Source: Octopus sinensis
Taxonomy: Eukaryota
Assembly (NCBI RefSeq): GCF_006345805.1
Contig: NW_021835476.1
Coordinates: forward strand, 1-64,000
Reading direction: 5' to 3'
Length of the DNA: 64,000 bases
Position 1 is the first letter of the stretch. Each line of letters opens with the position of its first letter. Shown here piece after piece: positions 37,010 through 48,743 of this stretch. The notes under the pieces are model-generated. The model made no database searches and was not told the origin of the DNA. It saw nothing but the letters and a program-made list of their open reading frames with translations. A program made the position numbers and the translations under genes.

Positions 37010-37429
37010 TTCCCTTCACAGCTGGAACCGGTCGGGCTGGCTCGGGAGGATGGTAAACGTCCTGATGGTCTAACGACCTTCCCATTTGAAAGTGGCAAGT
37101 CTCTCATTTGGGACGCTACTTGCACGGATACCTTCTCCGCCGGGAAAATCTTGACGTCAGCTTTAGAGCCGGGCTCCGCAGCCAACCTGGCCGAAACGCT
37201 AAAAATCAAGAAATACAGTGCACTATTTCACCGCCATATCTTTGCCCCGATTGCAGTGGAGACATCGGGAGTCCTCGGCTCCAGAACTAAAAAATTCCTT
37301 ATTAAGCTGGGGGATTTGGTAAGCAGAAGAAGAAATGATCGTCGGGAACGGACATGGCTTTTCCAACGCATATCAATAGCCATCTTGCGTGGGAATTGCC
37401 ATTCCATCTTATCCTCTGCTGCTAATTAA
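37010..37429 (+). mobile_element. CRE-like RLE fragment, third family
   Basis: PSQLEPVGLAREDGKRPDGLTTFPFESGKSLIWDATCTDTF...PIAVETSG...QRISIAILRGNCH; no clear tail or TSD. Confidence 0.85.
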
Positions 37430-38139
37430 TTACTAATCTAATAACTAACTTTTTAATGCACCATTTAGATGAAAAAAAATAGACAAATTAACTTGAAAAT
37501 GGTATAGGATGCCGGTTGGTGCTATACTTCTCAAAATAAAGGTTGTCTACATTTTCGGCCGTTTATTAATAAGTTGAAAATTTTTTGAAATATAAGCCAT
37601 TTGTGACAAATCTAAATTATTCGAATCATTGCTAATCGGATTTTAAAATTTCCCATCAGATCTGATAGAATTAATGAAACTGTTATTTACTAGAAGTTAA
37701 CAAAGCCATCTATCCGAAGTGGACCCCGCCAACATAATTGACGTTGCGTTGCCTCTTACGAGAGCAACTGAGATTAATGAAATAGATGGTTTGATGAGAT
37801 TTTCACCAGAAACGTGAGAATTCTCATTTTTTTAATTATCATCCAATTTTATAGAATGCAATTAGTCCTTATAATTTTAAATACAAACAGCAATTGTTTT
37901 TTTTGTTACTAAAATCGTATACACTGCTCCGGTAAATAATGTCTCAATTATTTTAAAATGGGATTTGTTTGTTACAAAATGCTACAATAAGTGAATAATG
38001 TGCCAATTATGGATATATTCTATAGTTAGCAGTAAAAAAATCATTAAAAGTATTAGTGTCGAGCATTAACGTGGAATCAACACTATAATTAAAGAAATAT
38101 TATATGCCACAGATTCGCTTGAAAATGCACGGACTAATT

Positions 38140-38156
38140 TTTTTTTTTTTTTGTGA
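38140..38156 (-). mobile_element. Poly(A)-only retro-insertion
   Basis: T13 + gtga flanked by 11-bp direct repeat acggactaatt (38129-38139, 38157-38167). Confidence 0.65.
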
Positions 38157-38879
38157 ACGGACTAATTATGTTCACAAAATAGCGAGTCCGGCTGTCAAGA
38201 TTAGAGTGGAAATCGGTCAGAATCCTTCAAAAAAGAGTCTGTTAATTGAATCGTATTAGTTGGTGGAATTTTTTTAATTTTAATAATTTAATGACAGTTG
38301 GAATACTTGCCTATTTATTTGACCATTTTCGAATCTAACGAATAGATTAGCATCAGTTTAAATTTGATTATTTTGATAGTTGATTTAAAAAGAAATTAAA
38401 TTTGACATCATTTTGCAAAACTTTATCGAAACATAAATCCTCATTAATAAAAGATTCTGAAATAAATCGCTTATTGTGCCCTTTATTTTATAGTTCACCC
38501 TTATATTGTACTTAGATAAGTCACTAATTTATATTCCTTCTATTTTCGAAACGTAAATTTCATTTTCCATATTTATTTTGCTTATCAGACTTTAATTACG
38601 AGTCTACGGAAGCCCATATGTCTTGTATTTAGATCATAGCAGTAATATTCGCTATAAATACACCCATAGATAATGGCATTATTTTTAAAGTGAAAAATGA
38701 AAGAGATTAAATAATTTATAAATTTTTTAAATTAAAATAAATTATTTTTTATATTCTTGTGTTGTTGGACGATCATATGAGTTTTTGACAATTAATAGAG
38801 CCGATAGCGACAGTTCATATGGCGTAGAACTTCAGAAAAATAAAACAAGAAGGCCTGTAACCCATAAAATACATTTTAG

Positions 38880-39944
38880 GGTACATATGTAGTAGTTGGC
38901 GGCCACTTTTTAGCGAATTTTAAAAAAACTATATTTTTTTTGGTGAATAATTACCTTTTTTAAATAATATTACTATAAAAAAATTAATTATTTTTTTATT
39001 TTAGTTTTGATTCTGGGGGACAATATAAGGCAATGCACTCCATGATTGTTTCAAATTCTTTCTTTTTGGCTGTCTGTCGCCAAATGAACTCCGTAAAATA
39101 ACTATTAAGGTGTTGTCTGACTGTTCCCCTTTGTTTTCTATTACGCCATTTGGCGCTACTCCACATTCTAAGGAATAATTATATAATTGGAAACCTTTCA
39201 ATATGTTGGGTGTGTGCACCCGTAGTTGGATCAACAAAACAATATCTGTGATTCACTTGCAGGTGCTGATATCCTGCATCCTGAAGATCTTTTGTTGAAT
39301 AACCCTTCCAGCAGTCTGATATGAGAATGATGCCTTCTTCTACATTCTCAAGAATAGCCTTCGTAAGGGTCTTCATTGTTCTGTCAGGTATTGCTTCACC
39401 TATTTTGGATCTCTGACGAGATGTCAATGATAGCATGCAAATTTCACGCATGTACATTGACCAGTCCACGGTTGTATGTGAAGCCCAACCAAGATTTTTC
39501 ATGCATATCTCCATAGAAGATAAATTTTTTGCCCACAGGTAGACAAACCGGATTATATCTTCGAATGGTACTTTGGTTCCTGCTAACCACGTTCCTGTTG
39601 AGTTTTAATGATATAAATACCAGTTTTTAGACTCGATTTACTTCGACAGCCCCTTCTGTAGCAATCCCAAGCCGGAGAGCTGCCAATGTTTAAAGTCATT
39701 TGGTGTCCGTTGCGACACACTTTTTTTTTGGGATGATTCCTCTGGATTGCATGAAATTGATAGCTTCTGACATATTTGTGGGTAGATTGAATAGATTGAC
39801 CTCACTTCTCATTTAAATTAAAGTAGCGTGGGATTTTATTATTTTTATATTGTATTATTTTTAATTATATATTTTTTTTAACTAAAAAAATATAGTTTTT
39901 TTAAAATTCGCTAAAAAGTGGCCGACAACTACTACATATGTACC
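38880..39944 (-). mobile_element. Merlin (IS1595/ISXO2-like) DNA transposon, internally deleted
   Basis: ~60-bp TIR GGTACATATGTAGTAGTTG(G/T)CGGCCACTTTTTAGCGAATTTT...; N-terminal CRNGH...WDC...C Zn ribbon; ISDCWKGY and HLQVNH...FVDPTTGAHTQHIE. First catalytic Asp region missing; TSD not evident. Confidence 0.88.
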
Positions 39945-40107
39945 AAATAAGAATTTCAGTAATAAAAATAGATAATTTAATTGATAAGTAGAGTAGATTC
40001 AATCAATCACACGTGGAAGGGTATCAGAAGACTTTAAAATACTATTTATTTAAATAATTAAATAATTTTAATAAATATTAATAATTCAAATAAATATAGA
40101 ATTTACT

Positions 40108-41670
40108 ATGTTAGATTACATGAGCGATCAAAGAAATGAACCAAAATTATCCGATCTATTAAACAACGTAATTCAATTTCCTGATCAAATTCAGATCACG
40201 GAATTATGCCAGTCAGACACCACCCGACGACGAGCCTTAAATCAGTTTTTAATTGCCTACGACGTCTTAAAAAAACGACTAACAAAAATAGATTTAAAAA
40301 TTAATAAAAAAGAAGATTTTTCCAAATCGGTTTATCACTTCCGGTTATCAGTAAAGGACATTGAAATGCTGACAGCCCCCCATCCCAACAAAATAGACCA
40401 AATAAAAGCCAAGGCTGACGAATTGGAACTTCCGGTGGACAGTATAAGTTGGAAAATAATCATTCGACTGTTGGAGGGACTCCATTTGTCGTGGAATTCC
40501 GCGATTCCGTGGATTAACATGACGGAAAATGGACAGTCAGTATGTCGGAAATGTGTATATATAGATTAATTGCTACAAACTTATTGATAAACATCACTTT
40601 CCGACCAGCAGTTGCTCATTAGTGGCCAATCAGACACAAAAAATGCCATTTTATCGTATTTCTGAAGAGAATTTGACTATAAACATTCCTGAGTTACATC
40701 AATCGACTCACATCGACAATTCCATAGAAAAAAACAACACAGAAAGTCACGTGTTGATTGAGGAAGACGAAGGCATTCAGTCGGGGACCGGGGGTCACTC
40801 CGAGATCACCAAATATGGACTTGGTTCACATCCTGTGGCTATAGACATGATATATGCAGCAGTGGAATTGTTTCCTGATGACGATTTGTCCTCGAATGGC
40901 ATGAAGGGGTGCCCCAATAGTTCGGAGTACTCCACCGTGTCGGTGAGTTATTCGGAAAGTGTTGAAGAACGTGATTTTTGTAGTCAAAATGGTCATAAAA
41001 GTGAAAATGAGAATTATTTTGAGTCAACAAATTTACAAGATGTGACATTGGAGAGTTTTGATATTAAAATATGTGAGAAAACAATAAATGATGACCTCGG
41101 GAATCGAACCCTCGACCATGTGTTAAATAGGGAAAACGGAGATTTGATTTTTGACCAGGAAACGGATCAAAAAAATGATTTGCACGTTTTTGATTTCTAT
41201 TCTTGTGCACAAAATTATAAGAGAAAATACAAATTCAAAAACAAGAATTCAATATCCAGAGATATTGTGATACAAGACAGTAATGAACAGAAAGAGAAAA
41301 ATTATCAGTTTTCTAAAACAACGACAAAACAGAGAAATCTTGCTAATAAATATGAAATTGAAACGGACTTGTGGCATCGCTTTCTTGAAGAAAATGTCTC
41401 TTTTATAGAAAATGGACTTGAATTAGATATTCCCCCAATGAGTAATGTCCCATTCGTCCAGGCCAATGAAACTTTGGAAGGATTGGACTCCTCAGATAAA
41501 AATACTGAGGAAAATATTTTGATTAATTATATTGGAGAATATAAATATATCAACATATATATTCTAATGTATATTTTATTTAATATTTTAGATTTATTAT
41601 TTTATTCGGAATTGTGTTCTTACTCATTGTGGGGACAACCTGGTCGACATTTGGTGTTAAACCAATTTAA
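40108..41670 (+). CDS. Hypothetical tail-anchored protein (helical N terminus, acidic middle, C-terminal TM)
   Basis: ORFs 40108-40569 and 40622-41710; a 23-nt intron near 41569-41591 gives ...IYILIFIILFGIVFLLIVGTTWSTFGVKPI-stop. Internal junctions uncertain. Confidence 0.55.
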
Positions 41671-41699
41671 CATATTAATTAAATATTTAATAAACATTT

Positions 41700-42400
41700 T
41701 GAATGAGTGAAATACAATTTTATGAACTGTATTTGTTTCTGTCCACAAGTTCCGAAATCCATTAGCTCTAAGAAAATTTGTGGTGCTCAAAATAATATAT
41801 TCCGTTTTTTTTTGAACTTGTCTTTTAAATCCATGTCTTAATATTTTGTGATTTCTGGATAATTTTAGACTCATCAATTTAAACACATAGTCTAACACAA
41901 TACCACTGTAAAACTGGCTGGTATACAATTGGCATGTAAAAAGGGCTGGTTGCATTAAATTCGCCAGGTTTGATGTCATAAGTGTGTATTGGCCCAGTAA
42001 AATGTCTAAGACTAGTAACTGAAAAAAGAGTTGAGTGGCACCCCGACAGGCACACAATGAAGCTCTCTGTCCATTAATTAAGCTCAGTTTTGAATGTCTC
42101 CCAACCAAAATGAATGACCTAATGTCAGCTTCACAGCACAATTAAGCTCATCCCCTATCCTTACCCAATTTGATGAATCAGTGAGGATGACTTCTCGTAC
42201 AACTTATTCAAATCACAACTAATCTTGCCCTCCTTGTCTTGTACCTCTGAGGACATTAAAGATCACACTGACCCTTTATTTGACCCCTCGATCAACCCGT
42301 TCACAAACACCTCTGTCAATCTCCTGGACTGTTCAATCGCCTTATCTAAATAAGACTTAATACTACTACTAATTAATGCTCTATTTTTCTGCTGCACGAC
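41700..42400 (-). CDS. Hypothetical spliced gene (unidentified)
   Basis: Moderate-GC open segments (ALISSIKSYLDKAIEQSRRLTEVFVNG; GPIHTYDIKPGEFNATSPFYMPIVYQP) separated by tiny-intron-like GT..AG. Confidence 0.35.
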
Positions 42401-43441
42401 TTGATGATCTCTCAACAACTTTGACAACATAATTATATCTTAAAATGATGTGAGTCTGTGTGCGCGCATTTACTTCAAATAAGTAAAATATAGATAAATT
42501 GTCAAAATACTTTCTCCTTATAATTCGGAAAGAATGGAAAACAAGCCCCAAAAATCTTCTACTTAAAAAACCAACATATCAAGAATATCCTCAATAATGA
42601 GTAACATATAACTGCAGATTTATAGTATGAAATAAAGCAATGATAAAGATAAAGTTATATTGGGAAAAATATCTAAATTATTTATATTTCTGAGAATAGT
42701 CATAATTTTATCGGATTTTTTGAATGACACATTTATATTTGACTTTAGCGTTAAAAAGAAATGATGTATCTCTATTTATTATTAGGAGCGTTAGCTTTTC
42801 AAACACTCGGTAATTTTAAATTTAAAGTGAAATCTATGCATAGGATATCCATGGAAATTGAATATTTATTTCGAAAACATCCCTGTTTTGTTTATAATTA
42901 ATAACTATAGAGAAACGATGTTTTAACGACAATACAAGTAATAAGTTTTAGATATATAATAGGCTCTCTCTGATGTAATTGAAATAACCGAAGTTGATGT
43001 GATTTCATATAAATTAAATCAATTGATTATCAGAATAGAGTTAGTTTTATTAAATTTCATTTTTCAAAGTACAGACAACAAGAGTATGAATAAAATAACA
43101 AAGGATGAGATTAAAATAATATACGTAAAATACTACAATCAAAATGTATTTAAAAATATATTTATATAGAAAAATCATGGATCAATTCTATATAATATAT
43201 TACATTTGTTTGGCTTGCCTAATTCGAACAATACAAATCATATTATGAATAATACTTCGTGGTAATTCTATGTCATTCTATTTAAGTAATCGAATATTGA
43301 CGAAAAAAGAATTAAATTATCTTCGAAATATGAACCATCTTATAAATGACAGTAATCAAAATTTAATTTTTCAGCAACTTTATCACTTCTATTAAAAAGT
43401 AGAATAAACCATCAGAGAAGACATCATACACCCCATCTTCT

Positions 43442-43630
43442 ATGTTAGAATGTATATTTTTATTATTATTTTGCAAATCGTATATTCCTGCTAAAAATAA
43501 ATCAAAATTCAATATTGAAATAATGTATGTCATACCCACTGTTATTACATTTCTGATACTTTCACTCGTTGTCGTCCTTACAGTAAGAAAAAACAGAAAA
43601 TCGCTTGAATCGAATAATTTAGAGGGGTAA
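43442..43630 (+). CDS. Last exon(s) of a hypothetical AT-rich single-pass membrane protein
   Basis: YVIPTVITFLILSLVVVLTVRKNRK is a TM helix plus basic stop-transfer; upstream exons (42440-43440) not resolved. Confidence 0.3.
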   Translation: MLECIFLLLFCKSYIPAKNKSKFNIEIMYVIPTVITFLILSLVVVLTVRKNRKSLESNNLEG

Positions 43631-43719
43631 TTTTAAATTCAAATTTTATTAAAAGAAATCCACCTCACCAGGAGCCTTCAATAAATTAAAACTAAAATAA
43701 TAATAAATTACTAATACTA

Positions 43720-44560
43720 ACAAAGATTTTCTGGGTTTACGATCTTCACTTTTTCTATAATTTTAGAAACTGTACTATTCTCCTCAGTAAAAATAGAATG
43801 AGTAATACTAGGCATAGGACACATTCCTCCATTGACCTCCCATAACTGCCACATGATACAATAAATCACTATTAAACTACAATCTCAGCCACCAAAACTC
43901 AGTTATATCTGGAAGGTGACACAAAATAGTCACAGTATTCCATACTCTCACAAAAATACTACTTTTCCTATATAAATACATTTTCTGATCATATTTTGAC
44001 AAGTAGTGACAATAGACAACAGTCTTTTACACAGTGTTCTCTCTTCTTCCATTCTCCATTGGGCCATGTTCTGGGGATTCTGAAGGATAGTATACCAGAC
44101 TGACATATCCAGATCAAACATACCAATTAAACCATAACAGTTCACAAGTTGTTTCAAATAACTCAACAACTCAATCAACAGACTTACTTTTCAATTGACA
44201 GCTCTTTTTATATTAACTAAAAGAGACAACTTTAAATGTCCGGACTAGTCCTATCAATATAGTAAGTAATATTACACTTTATAATACCAGAACATCAGAG
44301 AAATATATATCCAGGGATAGATAAGACAGAGAAGTTTTTCGCACAACATAAACGAAAAGGATTTGTAGGAGAAGTTGAAGAATATAGTCATTTTGGCCAC
44401 ATATTCAGTAAAGAGGTTCCAAATAGAATTCACTTGGGCCAGAAAAACAACAATTTCCTTACTGTCTTGAACTATCTGGTGATAACTGGCCGAATCAATG
44501 GAAAACAGGCAACTAATACTCTCACTAGATAAAATGTCATTTGTTCGATTGTTTCAATTA
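43720..44560 (-). CDS. Hypothetical spliced gene (unidentified)
   Basis: Long open segments (DILSSESISCLFSIDSASYHQIVQDSKEIVVFLAQV; WYTILQNPQNMAQWRMEEERTLCKRLL) with gtaagt donors. Confidence 0.35.
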
Positions 44561-44699
44561 TATTTAACACATTTGTTATACACACGCAGACAGTAAACAT
44601 GCTCCACTACAACTGGCGGGTATTTTTTGTTAACAAATAAATATTTATTATCAATGAAGGAATACCGTCTTAAAATTAAATAAATAAATCAAATATTTA

Positions 44700-45192
44700 T
44701 AATAATTTATAAAAATAAATAAATATTTATATAAAAATTTGTTTGCTTGCACATAAAAAAGTAGCACTCACAGTGAGTATTCCATTAAATACATTTTGTT
44801 CATAAACAGTGTGGACCTCTGCATTGCCCTTCTTGTCCTGAATGGCAATATATGTCCCAGGTCCGTCACTGCCGACGTAGGGACTGAAATACCCCACAAG
44901 AAATATCTGGGTAGATTCAACTGACTTGTATTTGACCCAGTTTTTGCTTGTTTTTTGAATTGCGACTATTTGAATCAGAATTTTGTCGATTATTAATTCT
45001 CCGTAATAGCAGGGTTCGTAGTGTTTGTCCACATTGTCGTGTGCTTTCGCTATTAGAGCCTGAGTGTCGGTGTGGGGTACAAATACTGTCATGATTGTGT
45101 TTATTATTGGAACTAGGACATTACTTTTAGGTAAATATACATAAAATCCCAATAAAGGTCGTCACAGCAAACACTGTCGACCATGCAAACAT
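44700..45192 (-). CDS. Hypothetical secreted/membrane-anchored protein (~140 aa)
   Basis: MFAWSTVFAVTTFIGIL leader, ~28-nt intron, then the long open frame 44727-45152; no recognised domain. Confidence 0.5.
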
Positions 45193-46039
45193 TTAAATAT
45201 TTTATTGTCTATTCATAAATAAATTTAATTATTTCTTTATATAGAAATTAATATATTTCCATTTATAGAAACACTCCAAAGTGGTTAAACAACATAAATA
45301 ATCAATGACACTACACGTGTTTTATTTAATAAATTTCTCTCATTTTCTATTTTTATTACTGTTTATATATTTGTTTTTGTTATGATATTGTTGAGAATAA
45401 AATATTTAAAAAAATGTTGAGGTGTGTGCTTGCTGCAATCTCGACTAGATCTATAGGAATATTCAATATCAGGCCCGATTTTGCTCACCCTTTGCTTGGT
45501 GGTGTAAAAGTAATGATTATAATCCATATTTCAGCCTACCGACAAAGAACCAGACGATTTGTACAGTCAAATCAAGATTATACTAAAAGGACACGATAAA
45601 TCAGTACTCAGTAGCTATACTACATTCATGTCACTGTCGGCTTCTTACCTAGACATCTCCCTCACAATGTCTCGCCCGTCCACTGATATTTCAGAGTTGG
45701 GTGTCCTTCCAAAATTCGTCGTTGGTCTGTTCTAAAGGCACCAACAGGAAAGGCCAAGCACCTGGTGCAGTACGAGACACGGACTCACGTGCGTCAAATC
45801 ACAGTAGAGTAGTGCCATTCAGCGTAGCTCTATCATTTGACTGGTTCTACTGCTGATACGTATTTGGCCTATCTTCAATTGCAGTTGCCGGAAGGAGTGG
45901 CCATGACTGTACAAAGGGTACGAATTGAGGGTCTTCCTAACATAATCCTCAATGGACGGACTTGATATTATTATTTTATTTAAGTTTTTTTGTCAAAAGA
46001 TGTTGATTCTGTTCTTTGTTGAGTCTGTAATCTGTGGTG

Positions 46040-46420
46040 CCCCAAAATAGGGGTTTTATAAAACAAAGATTTTTGAGCATTAAAAATCAATTTTAGAAAA
46101 GTTCTATTTTGTTAATCGATCGTTTAAATTAATTTTCACCATTTTGAAAGCACAAAAACTGAACCAGATAATTGGAGTAATAATTTTTAAAGATCTTTTT
46201 TCTTTTTTCAAAGGTTGCAAATAAGGTTTTGTATTTTTTGGCAAAAATAAAAACTCATTGTTCGAGCATAAAATATTTTCATTACATGCAGCATTATCAA
46301 GCAATATTAATGTTTTTCTGTTGATTGTATAAAATTTTTCATAATTATATCTTCCATATGTAAAACAATTTTTAAACACATTAAAATGTTAAAATCAATT
46401 TTGAAGGAGGGCGCCCTAAA
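46040..46420 (-). mobile_element. pogo/Tigger DDE_1 remnant
   Basis: RKTLILLDNAACN...FLFLPKNTKPYLQPL; flanking tgccccaaaatagggg resembles the subterminal motif of the 14232 element. Confidence 0.6.
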
Positions 46421-46779
46421 CTGCGTAGTCTTCAACAATCTTTCTCACTTTTCTAACTGTCCATAAATTAACTCTATTATTACAAAAAATTTTAAAGCCG
46501 TATATAAGGTGATTTTGTTTATGAAAGAATCGGATATCGGAACCTTCTAAAATAGTGGAGTATATTATATGTCAGTTACAATCGTCGTTTTGGTATCATT
46601 AGAAGGTGTTTGAAAGACTTACTCAAGGCCGTCAACGGACTGGTTGTCGTCCCAGGACATGGCAAAGATTCCCTTCGATGTGGGAAAATATGTATTCTCT
46701 GTTTTTTTAGTTTTTAGGAATATCCCTCACTCAAACCACTCTCTTCCTGGATGACGGACTTGGTGGACCGGACAAGGTT

Positions 46780-47150
46780 CACCGGCGATTGGATAAACGG
46801 CGGATTCCCAAGGTACGTTACCAAAGCCGATACTCTTTGCGACTTTTCCCCCTTCGTTTAGCCAGTTTAGCCAGCAATTTCCTTTGAAATTCTGCAGTTT
46901 TGGATTCAACTGTTTTATTTATCATTTTTGTGACGTTTCTATAGAAATTGGGACAGAACGGAAAAGTTTCCCAATCTCCAAATACTTAGATATTTTCGTC
47001 TTTTGTGCTACATTGACAGTCCAACCGGGAAAATTATTATTCCCAAAAATTATGAAATGGGAGAACGTGTCTACATACGTGACATTTTATGCAAGTGATT
47101 TTCTTTGGGAGTACGGGAAAAGAGTTATGCCATCGGGGCTTCTGTTAATC
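46780..47150 (-). mobile_element. Old, decayed CRE-like RLE fragment
   Basis: RSPDGITLFPYSQRKSLA*NVTYVDTFS...KTKISKY...VPISIETS aligns by eye with the other RLE copies; contains stops. Confidence 0.6.
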
Positions 47151-47199
47151 AATTAATGGAAAATTTAATTTTTATTATATTTAATGCTAAAAGTCAAAA

Positions 47200-48600
47200 T
47201 TATGGAGGAGGGGTCTAAAAGACGGGGGACGTCTGGTGGAGTCGAGACCGAAGGAACTGTATGTGAAAATGTCTCCAATTTGACTGATTCGCTGTAAAAA
47301 AGGCTATTTCAGAAATGATGATAAAGTGCCTATCCAGTAGAATATGGTCCAATCTTAACATTACTTGCAATAGTATGACTATTTGACTTACTTTTACTAT
47401 AAATATATTGTGGTCCTCCACCGAAACCAATGCACGTCAATTTAGTCTTTTTAACCGACTATTACTTCCAAGCAAAAGTCTACCAAGAATGTGATGAAGG
47501 CTATGAATACGTCGATGGTCTGGCAGTTAGGGGATGCACCTTCAACAAAAAATGATCACAAAAAACTTTAATTTGTAAAATTGAATATTCGAGGAATCAT
47601 TATCTAGAAATTGACTGTGGATTGCTGCCACCAGTCCATAATGCCGAAATAATCTTCAAACAGACAAACTTCAAGCATTCTATGTTTGCAAGGCTGGATA
47701 TTACAGCACTTACGCCACTTCTTGGGTCAAATGTGCAGCGAATAAAACGTGGATTGGATCTGACAATTTTAAATGCAAAAATCCAAATTTGAAAAATTCA
47801 ATTTGACACGGCGGACCTGTCAATCTCCAATTATCTACAAAAATTCTATAATTTTAACAAAAAGCGAAAGATTTGTTTCATTTGACATCATCGATTACAC
47901 ATTTTAGAGTGGCTATCGACTTCAAAAAAGCGATACAACTCATCTCTGTGAATCCGAAGGCCTGTGGATAGGAAAAGAGTTAGTTTGCGATTGTTTGATT
48001 ATTAAAATACAAGCATAATGGGGAAATGTTCAACTTTTTTCCAGTGCCCAATACTTTCGAAATTTTTAATAGTTTACACATCGGTGGAAATTACACTTAT
48101 CAGTGCTTCCTGGGAAATAATTTGGTAGATGGGGATCTCATTAGAATGTGCCAGTCAAATTTAACGTGATCTGGCAAAAAACCTGACTGTAAAAGTATTG
48201 GAATGCGTAATTCGAAAGGACTGGAATGCAGTTACCCATACATTGCTAATAATTCGTTTATGCTTGGAGAAAATTATTTATATCAATATGTGGTGCAATT
48301 TTGCTGCAAACAGGGATACAAGTATATTAATGGAGACCTGAACTCGACATGACTTGGTCTGGTTCTAACCCTATAAACTGCACGGGTTTGCTTGCCAGTT
48401 TTAAAATTAAGAAATTAATTAAATGTCCGGTTCCGATGTCATCAAACTCGACAGTTGTCACAAACTTTACGTGGAGAACATTTAGTAGCATTGCTTATTT
48501 TAAAAGTTGCAGAAGATTTTATCAGAAATTATACAAATCATGGAAATTAGAGCGGAAATGCGTTGATGTGTCGAATAAGTATTTATATATACTATATTAA
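47200..48600 (+). pseudogene. Sushi/CCP-repeat protein pseudogene
   Basis: About six C..P...Y.C..GY...C...W....C modules (e.g. IDCGLLPPVHNA, CQSNLT*SGKKPDC) with frameshifts, two TGA stops and mutated splice sites. Confidence 0.75.
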
Positions 48601-48743
48601 GACAGAGGAAGTAAAACAGAGGTACGCAAACAGACTACATGAAGTACTCAACGATATTGAGAGAACAAGACGTCCTAGTTCAGTTCGTCATTTTTAATAA
48701 AGCGATTTGTTAGTAAGATAGAGGAAAAGACTGTTAGTATCAA

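Noticed and set aside
47553-48169. TGA at two conserved Trp positions, suggesting UGA=Trp recoding
   Set aside because: The same locus uses TGG in other modules and has frameshifts and dead splice sites; intact genes use TGG for Trp, and TGA appears to act as a stop (Cnc, XAB2). Pseudogene decay is simpler.
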